A stretch of 59,947 nucleotides of DNA, filler included, from Basidioascus undulatus (taxonomy: Eukaryota): the NCBI GenBank assembly GCA_000826855.1. It is 6 parts of 6 records of this genome, joined end to end, with 100 filler letters (N's around TTAATTAATTAA, not from the genome) between each part and the next. Parts side by side here need not be neighbours in the genome. Positions count along the whole stretch, not along the records: positions 1 to 6,495 come from JTLS01001726.1; positions 6,596 to 13,085 come from JTLS01001727.1; positions 13,186 to 19,674 come from JTLS01001728.1; 3 more parts are not named here. One strand, 5' to 3'. The position numbers were made by a program, and so were the translations under genes. Numbering within the stretch: position 1 is the stretch's first letter; each line of letters begins with the position of its first letter. Positions 1-13,386 of the stretch are shown here, piece after piece. The notes below the pieces were generated by a model. That model was not told the DNA's origin. It saw nothing but the letters and a program-made list of their open reading frames with translations, and searched no databases.

Positions 1-403
1 TATCCAGCGCAGCGAAACGCGGTTCGAACCGATCCCTGTTGCGCTGTGGCACAGCGGTACGTTTTCCTAAGTTTGTCCTAGCTGGGTGAGAGAGACATAA
101 ACCGAGTACTAAACGCTCAATCTGAACGTAGACTCAAAGTTTGAAGCAGGTCGGCCAGCTGTTGGCAAAGGACTGGATGTCTGTCTTCCGGTGCGACCGC
201 CTCCTCATGTCCTCAACGCATCATTCAATCAACCTGGTGCTCATGAAAGCTTCTGGGAACCTCACAGCGCCTTGATTCCCAATCTTGTCCAGGCCGGTCA
301 CTCGCAGGCCGAGCTGCAGGACCTGCAGATCAAGGTCCGCGAAGAGTATGAGACGCTGCACGCGAAGTTCTCGTTCGCCTTTGCCTACGCTATCAAGGCG
401 TGA
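1..403 (+). pseudogene. C-terminal half of a fungal class I SAM-dependent methyltransferase (LaeA/TAM-like), frameshifted
   Basis: Spliced reading gives IPVALWHSDSK/LKQVGQLLAKDWMSVFRALIPNLVQAGHSQAELQDLQIKVREEYETLHAKFSFAFAYAIKA* (stop 401-403). This matches the P-x-x-x-W...LK.VG...AYA.K C-terminus of this family. One extra T near 140 (aagtttgaag) shifts the frame. Confidence 0.65.
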
Positions 404-414
404 TAGGGAAGTAA

Positions 415-927
415 GCCAGATGCACCAGGTCCCTGATCCCGTCCCGACGTCCCTACAGCCCAAGCGTTCAAGTTAGGGACGTGAGGCCTGACGTTGCGAA
501 AGGATGAGCGGGCAACGCACAGAATCTTTGCTTTCTCTCCGCTCTCGGACCGCTTCGCGATGACTTCGTCGACGGGCCCAACATGCAACTTCCCCAGGAA
601 GATGGTGATGGCGCGGTGCTGTTTATGCAGAATACCCCGCATCGTCAGCACTCGCGCATCAGCGAGACTGAGTGGCGCGTTCGCACCTGGACGTCGAGCC
701 TCTCCATCTCCTCATCTGTTCATGTTGGTAGTCAGGGTGCTGATAACATAGTTCTGATTAATATGAGACTAGCCTTCAGCAGGCATGCGATACAGCTCGT
801 TCGTCGCTTGGAACTTGCGTCCTTTGGGTGACAATTTTAATGAGTCAGCATACGCTGTATAGTAAGATAACCCAGCTAGAGAAGACGCACCCTGCTCGAA
901 CTTGTAAATACCCTCTACGGCCGTCAT
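415..927 (-). pseudogene. N-terminal half of a fungal class I SAM-dependent methyltransferase (LaeA/TAM-like), ending abruptly after motif I
   Basis: Spliced: MTAVEGIYKFEQ|GRKFQATNELYRMPA..|DEEMERLDVQ|HRAITIFLGKLHVGPVDEVIAKRSESGEKAKIL|DVGTGSGTWCI. Contains the DE.E..RLD.QH signature and SAM motif I (ILDVGTGSG.W). Introns are GT-AG except one donor near 777 that is non-canonical. Confidence 0.85.
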
Positions 928-1670
928 AATGTCTCTGAGGTCTCTATGATTATGCGAGTGTAGGTATATGGGTGGGTGTTTGTGGAATAAGAACAAGGCG
1001 AAACGGAGCAGCTGCAGTGAAAGTGAGTGAGGGAAGTGCTGGCATTCACCCTTATGAAGGTAACAGCGGCAGCCAGCGGCCACCGAGGAAGTCGGGCCCG
1101 AACAGTGTACCCGAGGTGTAGCATTCTTGTCTTTACCTCATAATCCAGCTGGTTGGCGGTGAGGGGCAAATGAGGGCGACCCGTACATGTCGAACCAAGC
1201 TGCACTCGTGAGCTGCTAGCGTGAGTTGCAGCTTCCACGGCCGCCGATTCTATGCAGGCAATGCGTTGCCGTGTTACATGCAGATGGGAATTATTCTGTC
1301 ACCTCGATGCAGTAATTTCCCTTCAACAGTACAGCGAGACTGTGGGAGAGGCTTGGTCTTGCCTTGGCCCATGTAATGCTTCCGGTCAATGCATACGCGG
1401 TACGAGTTGAGGCTGACGGCCACCCCGGAGGATTTAATTCAAATAAGTCATAAGCAATATTTGTACAGGCACTACATGTCGAATTCAAAGCCCAATTGGC
1501 CTGATGTCGCCGAGTGTGTTTGGGTGTGCGATCCTCATTGCTGAAACTCATAACACCCAGTGGAAACGCAGAAAGCCTCACGACAATGACTTTCCGCAAC
1601 ACTCAAACAAGTTAATAATCTGACCCCTTAATGTATAGAGCGCCGAAGGTCGACAGCATTCGTCAAGATA

Positions 1671-3138
1671 CTACGCCCGCGACTGCAGCTTCTGCACAAC
1701 CGCCTCCGCCAACAGCTGGCCCGAGCGCTCAGACGGATGGAGCTCTGACAATGGGTGCAGGGTCAACTCTCGGTATAAACAAAGAAACAACTCTTCAATA
1801 TTTGAGGGTCCACTCACGGTCAAAGAGTAGGTAGTCCTGCGGGTTCTCGCAACGTGTGCAGTTGCCGTCCGAGCCCTCCGGACCGGGGCAGACGTTACAG
1901 AAGTCATGGACGTTGGCGTCGGGGCCGAAGGACCGTTGGGGGTTCGTAATGAGGTCCCAGTAGAAGTTGAAGGTGTCAAAGGTCTCGATGGAGGAGTCAG
2001 GAAGCGATGCTTGAAGAGCCGGCAGCTGAAGAGCCTGGAGGGCGTTGCTGGAGATGACGAGCTCCTCGATGAAGTTGGCGATGAGAGCGCCATTCTGCTG
2101 GATGCGGTAGCCTGTTCCCACCAGTTCAGTGTGAAATGCCACGATTTGAGGTAGAAGATGACACACCGTAGCCTTGCACGTCGTCCCACGAGAAGAGCTG
2201 CGTGTAGTGCAGCGGGATCTTGTTGAAGACGAGGAAGTGACGGACGCCGAGCCGGTAGAGGATGTTGACCTTGTTCAAAATGCAGCCGGTATGGTCGACG
2301 ACAGTGGTTCCGGGGATAGGGCGGGTGTCGTTGCTTCGGGAGTCCTGGAACTTGCCAACTGTAGCAAGCTGGCGTCAGCCAGGGTACCCGGGGCATCGAC
2401 ACTTAGCAAGCCTTACCGAAGAAGGTGAGATCGTTCGTGCCGATGAAAATCGCTGCCACAGCGGTGGAGACATCGAAGTCGAATGCCTCTCCTTGGCGAT
2501 GACCTAACACCATTTGGTCGATCTGGCTTCTACAGTCAGCCTCTACGCGCATTCAAGCTCATCTAAAATGGCGCACCTGCATGCCGACATCAGGATTCCA
2601 GACGGTCTGACCATCGGACGCTTCAAGGCCGCGGGGGAATAGGGTGTTGCTTTGCAAACGGATCATCTAATTATTAGCGCTTACACATCCCTGTGCAGTT
2701 GTGAAGTACAGTCTTACTTGCAAGTAGCGCCAGACGACGCGTAGTTGAAAACGTTCATGCCGGTGTTGTTACGGACGTATTCCTGCATTGTACCGTCAGC
2801 TTTGGCTCAATGAAGCAGGAAGCGCTTCAAATAGACATACCGGCCATTGATATCCTCCACTAGCCCTTCCCTCAGGTGCAGGCGGGCATTGGGGAAATGG
2901 GTATTGCGCCTGAACCTCGGGGGTCTGCTGGATGCGCCAGGCGTTGCATTCGTCGCTGTACGGCACCGAATCTGATAAGCTACTTCTATCACGCAGATAC
3001 TAAATGATACGGTGACTCTTCTTACGAGTAGGAATCACCGAACACAAGCAGTGTCTTGATCCCAGCGTCAGCTTGCCGCTCGATGACGGCTGCCGAAGTG
3101 AGCGAGACGAGAGCGAGTAGCGGTGCGGCGGCGAGCAT
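1671..3138 (-). CDS. Secreted GDSL/SGNH lipase-acylhydrolase (CE16-like esterase), multi-exon
   Basis: Signal peptide MLAAAPLLALVSLTSA. Block I LLVFGDSYS at 3026-3052, block II GRASGGYQWP near 2840-2870, and a C-terminal YLLFD..LHPS catalytic D/H motif ending ...KLQSRA* at 1671. Confidence 0.88.
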
Positions 3139-4633
3139 GGTGAATCACCAGGAGCAAGAAAGTGTAAAGGGAGAAGAGAGGCAGGAAGATATTCGTAGGC
3201 ACATCCATACTTTTATTGTCTTCAGTGAGCATCAGAGGAAGACGTTAGGTCCGGATAGAGGAGCTCGCCGAGTGGAGGGAAAGGTCAGGTGTGGGTGGCA
3301 CGACGGCTAATGGCGGCGGCATGAACCCGCAAGAAAGACGTTTTTGGTGCTTGAACGCGTGTGCATACTTGAGTTTTAATCACCAAGGTGCTCATTTCAG
3401 TGCCTGATCGGAGGCAGAGACGGCAAGCAAAAAAGGGAGACCTCCGACCGAGCGGAATACGATCGGACGATCACGCCCAGCCAGGTGGAGCGGAGTGCTT
3501 GCCTTCAACTCGTCTCGCCTTCGTGAAGCAAGTCGGTCATGCTTCACATGTCCTAAGAAACCTCTAGGTAGATCGTATTGCTATTTCTTTTAAGCGAATA
3601 CCAAGAGCGGCGCTCATCCTCTTCACGGTCCTTGCTCCTTCGTCGGAGCTCCGATGTCCGATTGCGCCCCGAGACATTCGAAGGTCGGCCAAGTCCATGC
3701 TAAAAGTGCGCTCCACTCTTGCCAACCGTGCCCCACAAAAGTCCAACACGCACTTTTGAGGCACTTCCACATCAAGCCATCCGTCGGTCGAGCCGCGAAT
3801 CAAAGCGATGCGTGAGTCGGCGCCAGGGCCTGCAAGCACCATCATATCGAGTCGTCCGAGTCGGCTGCCCCTGCCATGGGCTTTGCCTTACTTTGAATGC
3901 ATCAGCCTGCCTATGCGGGCAAGTTAATTAAGTAACAGACTTGGTAAGGAATTTAATGAAACAGATAGAGGAACGACAGCCGGTTTGCCTGCAGTGTTCC
4001 GCCAGCGCATAAAAGCCCCCTTCCCATTGCCCCAGCGCTACTCAAGCACACCGCGAACTCCCTCAGGAGCCCTTGTTAGCCAGATCACATCATATTCAAA
4101 ATCGTTCATGCGCAAACGTAAAATGCATACTGCGAACAGCACACGACGGCGACAAGAATCAAGCATCAAGAATCAAGAATCGAGAAGCGCCGAGTGAAGG
4201 AAACAAGAGCTCTTAACAGGTGTACGGTGTGTAAAAGGAGATGGATATCGCTGCAGACAGAAACTCAAACAAGAGCGAACAGATTCAATGACGAGAGAGA
4301 GACGGGCGTGCGTGCGAGTCCTTGACTAACCCAAACTCGAACTCAGGAGGAGGCAAAACCAAACTGGACCCAGGAGGAGGAGGAGCGAGAGAAGAGGAGA
4401 GGAGAGAGATGGTATGGCTTGGATGAACGATGAGATAAGGGACGGAAGGAAATGATGGAGGAGATACGTGTTGACGATGGCGTGGCGTGGCGATGAGAGC
4501 AAGGCAGTAGGCAGTAGCGAGAGCGGATGGATATCGAGCGAGCATGGTGGTGGATGACATTTCGAAAAACAAAACCGGAAAGCAAAATGAAAACAAGAGC
4601 GAGGAAGAGACGGGTCGACGATAGGCGTTGCGT

Positions 4634-6495
<1,862 letters not shown>

Positions 6496-6595
6496 NNNNN
6501 NNNNNNNNNNNNNNNNNNNNNNNNNNNNNNNNNNNNNNNTTAATTAATTAANNNNNNNNNNNNNNNNNNNNNNNNNNNNNNNNNNNNNNNNNNNN
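6496..6595. other. Artificial contig spacer (N44-TTAATTAATTAA-N44)
   Basis: 100-nt N run with a central six-frame stop linker. Confidence 0.99.
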
Positions 6596-6705
6596 CCAGC
6601 GCATCCCGCCCCTCCACCCCCTCACCCGCGTACATCTCCCCGCTCGCCCCTCATCCCCACTCCCAGGTCAACCGCTTATCCCGCCCTCCCCTCCCCGCTG
6701 CGCAG

Positions 6706-8764
6706 GAGGAGACCGAGCTCGACGGTAAGGACATCTACTTCTTCGACGACATCAACCTCCTCCGCCAGGAGTGGGCGTCCGCCAACAGGCAGAGCGTCGG
6801 CGAGCTCCTCTACGAGTTCTTCCGCTTCTACGCGAAGGACTTCAACTACCTCCACGACGTCATCTCGATCCGGACGGAGGGCGGCGTGCTCTCGAAGGAC
6901 GCGAAGGGATGGGTGTCGGATGTGCGTCTTCCGTCGTTAGGCTGTGCGGCGGGCGGCGGTCGACAGGCGGCGGGAAGCTTACGAGGGTGGGGGACGCGCA
7001 GTTGGAGGTCGACGGCGGGAACGAGTTCGCAAGAGATCGAAATCGACTCTGCATCGAGGACCCGTTCGACACGCATTACAACGTCGCGCGAACAGTCACG
7101 ACTGACGGCAAGTCCCACCCGTTTCCTTTCCGCACTGTCCGCTCTCGCGCTTATTCCAGTCGACACTTGCAGGACTCTACACGATCCGTGGCGAGTTCAT
7201 GCGCGCGTCTCGGATGCTGCAGGGCATCGGCCGACCGGACGTGGCGGCCTCGCAGGTGCTCATTGAGCTCTGCGAAGAGCGCGAAGACGCGCTCGTCCCC
7301 GCCCCGTTCCCGGGCAACCGGACACCCCGGTCCCTCCTCAACCCCGCCTATGCGACCAACCCGCCCGCGGGCGGGCCGTGGTCGCCCAACGTCGGCTCCG
7401 CGGCCGACCGCCTCTCGCCCCCGCGGCACGCATTCGAGCGCTCGATCGAGCAGGTCGACCACGGCGTTCCTACGCCATGGGAAGTGGAGGCCATGGCGTC
7501 CCGTCCGCAGCCCCCCGCTCACATGGCGCCGAGGAGGCAGGGATCCCGCGGCCACCGCACGCGCTCGCCACGGATGGCGGCCGGCGGCGCCGGCGGCGGT
7601 GGGATGAACGGGTTCGGCGTGCCCCACTCACCGCCGAAGCAGTCCCCCGCTCCGCTTCGTCACTCGCCTCGCCTGGCGCAGGCTATGCTCCCCCAGCTCT
7701 CGTCTTCCTCCGCCCGCTCAGAGGACGGTGCGGCCGCGGCAGCCACCACCGCAGCGGAACACTACGCCTCGACGTCCCATCCACCCCACACTAATGGTCG
7801 ACCAGCCGACCTCCGCGTGCGCGTCCCGACCGTCGTGACCAACGGCGCGGGACAGCAGATTCGAATAACGCCCTCGGCGGAGACGACGCCCGCGACGTCT
7901 CCGCCGCTTGCCTCCGCGCCGACGCTGAGCGTGCCCATGTTCGGCAGCTTCTCCAACAACTCGGAGCTCGACCCGCCGTCGCCGCAGCTGCGCGGGCGAC
8001 GAGGCTCGCCGGCTCGGCCCGGCGGCGGCGCGGGCGCTGCGAGTCCAGACGACGAAATGCTTGGGCTCGGGCTTGGGCACCCTTCCAAGCCGCCGCGGGC
8101 GTACGTCTTCGGGGGCGCGGACATCCCGCCCTTTGGTTCCCCGTCGGACAGCAAGCCCCCCTCGCCGATCACATCCGCCTCGTTCCTCTACGACGCGGAC
8201 TCGCCCATCCGGATACCCCCGCCGCCGCACGCGACGGGGCGCTCCACCCAGCGCCAGCAGCACTTCCGACATTCGCCTCGGGCGGAAGACCGCCGCGCGT
8301 CGTCGTCCTCGCACCGCATGTCCTCCGTGCAGTTCCGCACCGCCCCCGCCCCGCGCACCGCGACCCGCTCGCGCTCCCTCCCTAGCACACCGGCAACGCA
8401 CCACCCGGCGCTCGACCCGCCCGGCGCAGGCTCCCCAGCACTCTCCACCCGCTCCGCCGTCCCCGCGCAGACCTACTCGCGCGTCATCCCGACCGCCGCG
8501 GCCGGGAGGGCAGGAGGGATCGGCAGCCCAAACTTCCCAATACCGTTCAGGCCCCAGGCGTTCCCGCTATACCAGCAGACGGCGCGCCGGGCCGCTGCGG
8601 CGGGGGTAGGCGAGCGCCGCGAGCTCGAGGAGCGCGAGGAGCAGGAGCTCGTCGAGGGCCTGGAGCTCGTCGGCATCGGTCGCGCACCGAGGCAGGAGGG
8701 AAGCGTGTTCTCGCTTGAGCCGAGCGAGCGGAGTTTAGGAGGCAGCGAGCTGGGAGACGACTGA
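6706..8764 (+). CDS. Cid1-family non-canonical poly(A) polymerase / terminal uridylyltransferase, PAP-associated domain plus long disordered tail; 5' part missing
   Basis: IYFFDDINLLRQEWASANRQSVGELLYEFFRFYAKDFNYLHDVISIR...LCIEDPFDTHYNVARTV...GLYTIRGEFMRASRML, which includes the nucleotide-recognition motif IEDPF. Followed by about 500 aa of Pro/Ser-rich sequence. Confidence 0.88.
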
Positions 8765-9042
8765 CGGTTGGGATCGCGTTCATGTTACTTGCTATACTCG
8801 CTGTTGATTTCGCCAGCCAGCATAGTAATGAGCTGATCGATCGACCGTAGTAGTAACAGCTCGAGACTTCAAGATAGCAATGCACACTTTTATTACCCGC
8901 CATTTACACGCGCTCACACACTGCATTTCCTCTTCCACACCCCTATCCCTTCCCCATCTCCTCAGCTATCGTCTCGCTTCCTTGCTTGTTTTCAAACCAT
9001 CCTGCTCACATTCGCATCCTTCCCCTACGCCGGCGACGACGC

Positions 9043-10382
9043 TTATGTACAGTCGATTTCGCTTGGCTTTTGCACCGGCCCTTTGGCATGAGCATCAAAT
9101 ATCATCACATTCAATGTGCATCCCATCGAGTGCGGGTTGAGGCGGGACAGCCGGTCCCTCACGACTCGCAGCGCAGCACCATATCCCACTGCGCTACAGC
9201 TTTGGGAGCCAATGAGGCTTGGGTTGCCCTTCTCTACTGCATGGGAGCAACACCAAGTCCCCGTCTGTCGTATTTCGCTATCCGGTGCAGGGCAGGATGC
9301 TATCCAAAGCAGAGGATGTGGAAGTTCAGCTTTATGAACTGGAACGATACGTTTTGTCAAGTACAGATAGACACTGCGAAAGACTTCAGAGGCTCGGCAC
9401 ATGTATCAGTGCGCATAGTTGTCGAGATCTACCGGCCGCCCCTCGTCGTCCAAAAAAGCTACCCCGAGCCTTTGCGCACCCTCCGCGATACTCTTCACCC
9501 AGTCCCCCGTATGCTTATGGATCCTAGTGACCAATTCCATCACGATTCTCTACTTCGGTGGTCCATCGCGATCCAGCTCGACCAGCGCAACGACGTTTCG
9601 GTCGTTGACGTCGTCGAAGCAGTCCCACGAGAGACGGAGGGTTTCGAGCACGCGGTGTCGAAGAGCATGGGAGGCGAAATAGGCCAAGTCGCCTTGGTAG
9701 AGCTGAAGCTCGAGGAGTTGCGGGGAGCAGGTGGCAAGCGAGTTCCAGGCTTCGTCGGGCACATCGGAAACGAGAGGTTCAAATCGAGGCGTTTGAGGTT
9801 CCAGCCGACCCGATGGAGGACACGCACGAGGAACTGACCGTGGTCGCACATGAACGACCAGCTTGTCCCGAATCATCACCGAGGGGCAGGAGGTGCTTAG
9901 CACGGAGAACACGAAACCTACCACAGGTCTTACCACATAGCGGTCGGGAGTTTTCCAAGCATGTCAACATGTTAGAAGCAAGGCAGCAGTTAGTGAGTAG
10001 GTGTTCTTCGCCCGAAACGGATGAAAGCCTTTTCACAACACTACGGTACTGATCCCGGTATCCATGCATGTTAGATCTCGAGGATCTTCTAATAGCGAGT
10101 CTGGGAAGCTCATGTTGTGCACTTATCCCAAGAGTCCATGAAAAAGTATGTAGCGTTTATGAAAGACCAGTGCATGCTACCTTTGTCGACGGATGAGCGC
10201 GCACAGTCCCATAGAAGGGAAAACGCGTATGCGCAGGCCCGCACGCAATCATCTTCGGTACAATAGTAGATCCGGAAAGACCAGCCCGGCTGAATGGGTT
10301 GTCCCTTACGAACTGCGTCTCGAAGGTCAAGAGCGCAAAACACTTGAAAGACACGGCGATCATACATTGCCTCAAAGTCCAT
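9043..10382 (-). CDS. Hypothetical protein, possibly an F-box/LRR(RNI)-like family member; may be degenerate
   Basis: Exon-like segments LATCSPQLLELQLYQ...VLETLRLSW with an LxxLxL pattern. The model could not be resolved. Confidence 0.25.
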
Positions 10383-10504
10383 GAATGTGAATCAGAACAA
10401 CAATTGCCGACGCTAAACATTCAACACGGAAACAACACTGTCAAAAGAGATCCACGCTCGCGAACGTCCAAAAACGAAACCAGCCTCCTCCCGCCGCGTT
10501 TGCT

Positions 10505-13085
10505 TTACTCGCTCTCGCTGTCGCCCACCTCGTCCGCCTTCTGCACAGTCTTGAATTTCGCGTCCGGCTTCAGATCCTTGTAGGCAGGGTGGAGCTTCTG
10601 CCCGGCCTTGATCATGGTATCAAGCAGTCTGCTCGCGCGACCTCTGAGGTCGGTGCTGCAACCCAACCAATGTCAGTCTTCGAAGCGCCACCAGCAGAAA
10701 AGGGGAACGAACTTGTCACGCTGAGCGAGTATCTGACCGAAAGAACTGCTTAACACGTAGAGAAGAAACGCGCTAACAAGTCGAGTCGCACCTTGCTTTT
10801 CGAACCGGCGGGGCCGTGAAGGCCGTTGATGAGGACCCACGCCTTATAAGGGAGCTTGTGGTGATTCTCGCTCCAGAGGGTCTTGACGGCGTCTACGCAA
10901 CGGGCAGAGCAGGTTAGAACCCAGTCTGGCAGCTTTATAATGCGGAAAGGTGACGTACCCAACAAGCACCTGTCCTCCTTGTCCGTCCATTCCACGCGGA
11001 CTCTCCGCTTCTTGCCTGTGGCCTCGCGCTCGCGCGGGACGGTCGGTGCCCGAGCGGGTCCGAGAGCGCGCTCTGCGACCGACCTGCCACGCCGGCGCGC
11101 AAACTTGCGGTCGTACCGATCGTCCCCGTACGCCGAGTCCTCGTGCTCATCGCGCTCGCTGCCCAGCTCGTCCACCTCGTCCAGCTCGTCTTCTTCCTCC
11201 TCTTCCTCCACCTCCTCCTCCTCCCCCCGCTCTCGCTGCTCGGCGTGGTGCGGCGGACGCTGAGGACGCTGCGGCTCCTCGTCGCCGCTGTCGCGCGTGC
11301 GGCGCTTACGCTTCGACGCGCTGGACGGGGCGCTGCGGTCCTGCATCGGCGGGCGGTACTGCATGCCCTGAACTTCGGCAGTCGAGGGGTAGTCCCGCCA
11401 TACAGATCGAGACGAGCTTTGGGGCAGGTGGGGCGCCTCTACGTCTGGCTCCTCGCCGAGCGACGGCGAACGGCGCGAAGAGCCGGGCGATGGGCGCCGA
11501 CCCGCGTCCTGTGCACGTCCGAGAGAGGGCGAGCGCGCCGGCGACGCACGGGCGCGCTCCTTCCCTTGACCGCGCGGATTGCGAGGAGCATCGCGGCCGC
11601 GAGAGATCGACCGCCCGCGACCATGCGTCTCGTCGTCCTCGAACGTGTTCGGGCCATCGTCCATCAATCCCGTCAGGTCGAGCCCATCGAACGGTTCCTC
11701 GGGGTAGTCCTCGCCACCCATGCCCTGAGGCCAGTCGTCCTCCGACAGAGGTGGGGGCGGAGCCTGCGCGTTCTTGACGGGCGTCTTGGACGTCTTGCGC
11801 ACCCACTTCTCTGTTCGCGAGTGTTCGGGTTCGGGCTCCTCCTCCAGCTCGGGGATGACGGGCTCCCGCGCCCGGCTCTTGCCCTTGTCGCGTTTCGGGG
11901 GCGCGGGCTCAGAGGGCTCGGCGGAGGACGAGTGCTGGAGCGAGGACGCGCGAGTGACGCGCCGCGTGGGGGGAGGGGAGCATGCGGCTTGGCGACATTG
12001 TGAGCGCGTGCGGCGGGGAGGAGCAGGACTCCGAGCGGCTGGCGGCTGCGCCCGCTGGCGGGAGGTCGAGCGCGTACGACGGGGACGCGTTGGGCTGGGG
12101 CCGGCGGGCGGCACGGGCGCTGCCTGCGAGGGAGACGCCTGGGAGTCGAACTGCGACTCGCTCAGGCGAACGGCGTCATCTTGAGGGGCGTTCCACCTGC
12201 CGACATGTGGATGTTCAGTCCTCTTGTCCTGCACTTCAAAGGGCAGCATGAATAATTTACCTGAAGCCGCGCTCGGTCCTATTCGTCCTGTAAAGGCCCT
12301 TATAAGTCAGACTTCACCTTTCGCGCATCGCAAAGCAAGGAACCATCGCAAAGCAAGGAACCCCGAAGCCGACGCACCAAAACATCTTCCCATCCGCCAG
12401 CTTGAGTCTCTTCTGCGGAACGTTCTCGCTCGCCTCCTCCTCCACGATCGGTCGGTTCGGAGAAACGACCGCCTCGAAGCCTTGCGCCCTGATGACTGTT
12501 CCAGGCGGGAGGGTCTGGCGAGGCGGGCGCGCCGGGGGCGTTGGCTGGGGCACAGCGGCGGGCACGGGAGCTGAGGCGCGAGGCCCAGCGGGAGCTGGCG
12601 TCGGTTCCGGCTTGGGGGTGAGCTTAGCCAAGCGCAGGAGCGCCCGCCGCTTGGCGGCAGAGTCGATCTTGAATCTGCAAGGCCAGCTCAAAAGTCAGCA
12701 GCCCATCCGAAGGCCAGCCGAAAAATGCGGATGGACTCACGAAGTAGACGTGCTCGCGCCGCCCGCTTCGCTCTCGCGGTCGACACTGCACGAGACGCGC
12801 TGCCGCTCAGACCTGAGCGGCGCAGAAGGTCCAGAGCGCCTAGGCGACGGCGTCGGGACTTCCTCTGGGCCCGGCGCGGGCTCGCGCTGCGGCGTGGGCG
12901 GGGGTGGGACGTCGTGCTTCTCTGCTGCATGGGCGGCCTCGACGCGCGGGGCGGGCTCGAGCTTCGGGTCCGGCTCGTGCGCAGGGAGTGGCTGGTGCTT
13001 CTCGGCTGCGTGGGGGCGCTCGACGCGGGGAGAGGATGCTCAGAGGCATTGGCGGAGAGAGAGGATCAGGAGTAGGCGAGGGAGA
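10505..13085 (-). CDS. Large low-complexity protein with a C-terminal Myb/SANT (telobox/Tbf1-like) domain; 5' end in gap
   Basis: Long exon 10966-12198 is rich in R/S/P/E. It is followed by RVRVEWTDKEDRCLL|DAVKTLW...AWVLINGLHGPAGSKSK...TDLRGRASRLL, which resembles the WT.EE..L...W..IL.L.G.GG...LKDKARN pattern. Stop at 10505. Confidence 0.6.
12326..12361 (+). repeat. Perfect 18-bp tandem duplication (catcgcaaagcaaggaac x2), probably intronic
   Basis: Directly visible. Lies just inside a GTGCGT donor on the minus strand. Confidence 0.9.
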
Positions 13086-13185
13086 NNNNNNNNNNNNNNN
13101 NNNNNNNNNNNNNNNNNNNNNNNNNNNNNTTAATTAATTAANNNNNNNNNNNNNNNNNNNNNNNNNNNNNNNNNNNNNNNNNNNN
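13086..13185. other. Artificial contig spacer
   Basis: N44-TTAATTAATTAA-N44. Confidence 0.99.
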
Positions 13186-13386
13186 GCGATACCCGACCAT
13201 GTCGAACCCGTCCTCGGCGTCCTCGAGCCCCTCGAGCAGCTCCGAGTCGGAGATGTCCGACGAGGACGAGTCGGGCGAGGCGGAGCGGCGGGTGATGTAG
13301 GTGGACCTGGGGTGGGCGGATCAGAGGGGACCGGGTAGGGGTTTGTGGGGCGTTTGGGGAGCTTACTTGGGGTTCGGGTGCGACAT
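13186..13386 (-). CDS. 5' end of a gene truncated by the gap; possibly a phosducin-like/thioredoxin-fold protein (Plp1/TXNDC9-like)
   Basis: ATG at 13386, MSHPNPK, then a GTAAG..CAG intron, then STYITRRSASPDSSSSDISDSELLEGLEDAEDGFDMVGYR. This resembles the acidic 'L...LE.D.FD...YRE.R' N-terminus of phosducin-like proteins. Confidence 0.45.

Noticed and set aside
4154..4188. Short AAGAATC-type tandem repeat
   Set aside because: Ordinary degenerate microsatellite in the 3' region, with no further structure.
6540..6551. TTAATTAATTAA palindrome repeated five times in the window as a biological repeat or CRISPR-like element
   Set aside because: It is always centred in a 100-nt N run. It is an artificial six-frame stop linker.
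7151..8676. Many long overlapping antisense and alternate-frame ORFs (also at 10.9-12.2 kb and 39.0-40.4 kb)
   Set aside because: These are shadows of high-GC coding exons, Arg/Ala/Gly-rich and without motifs.
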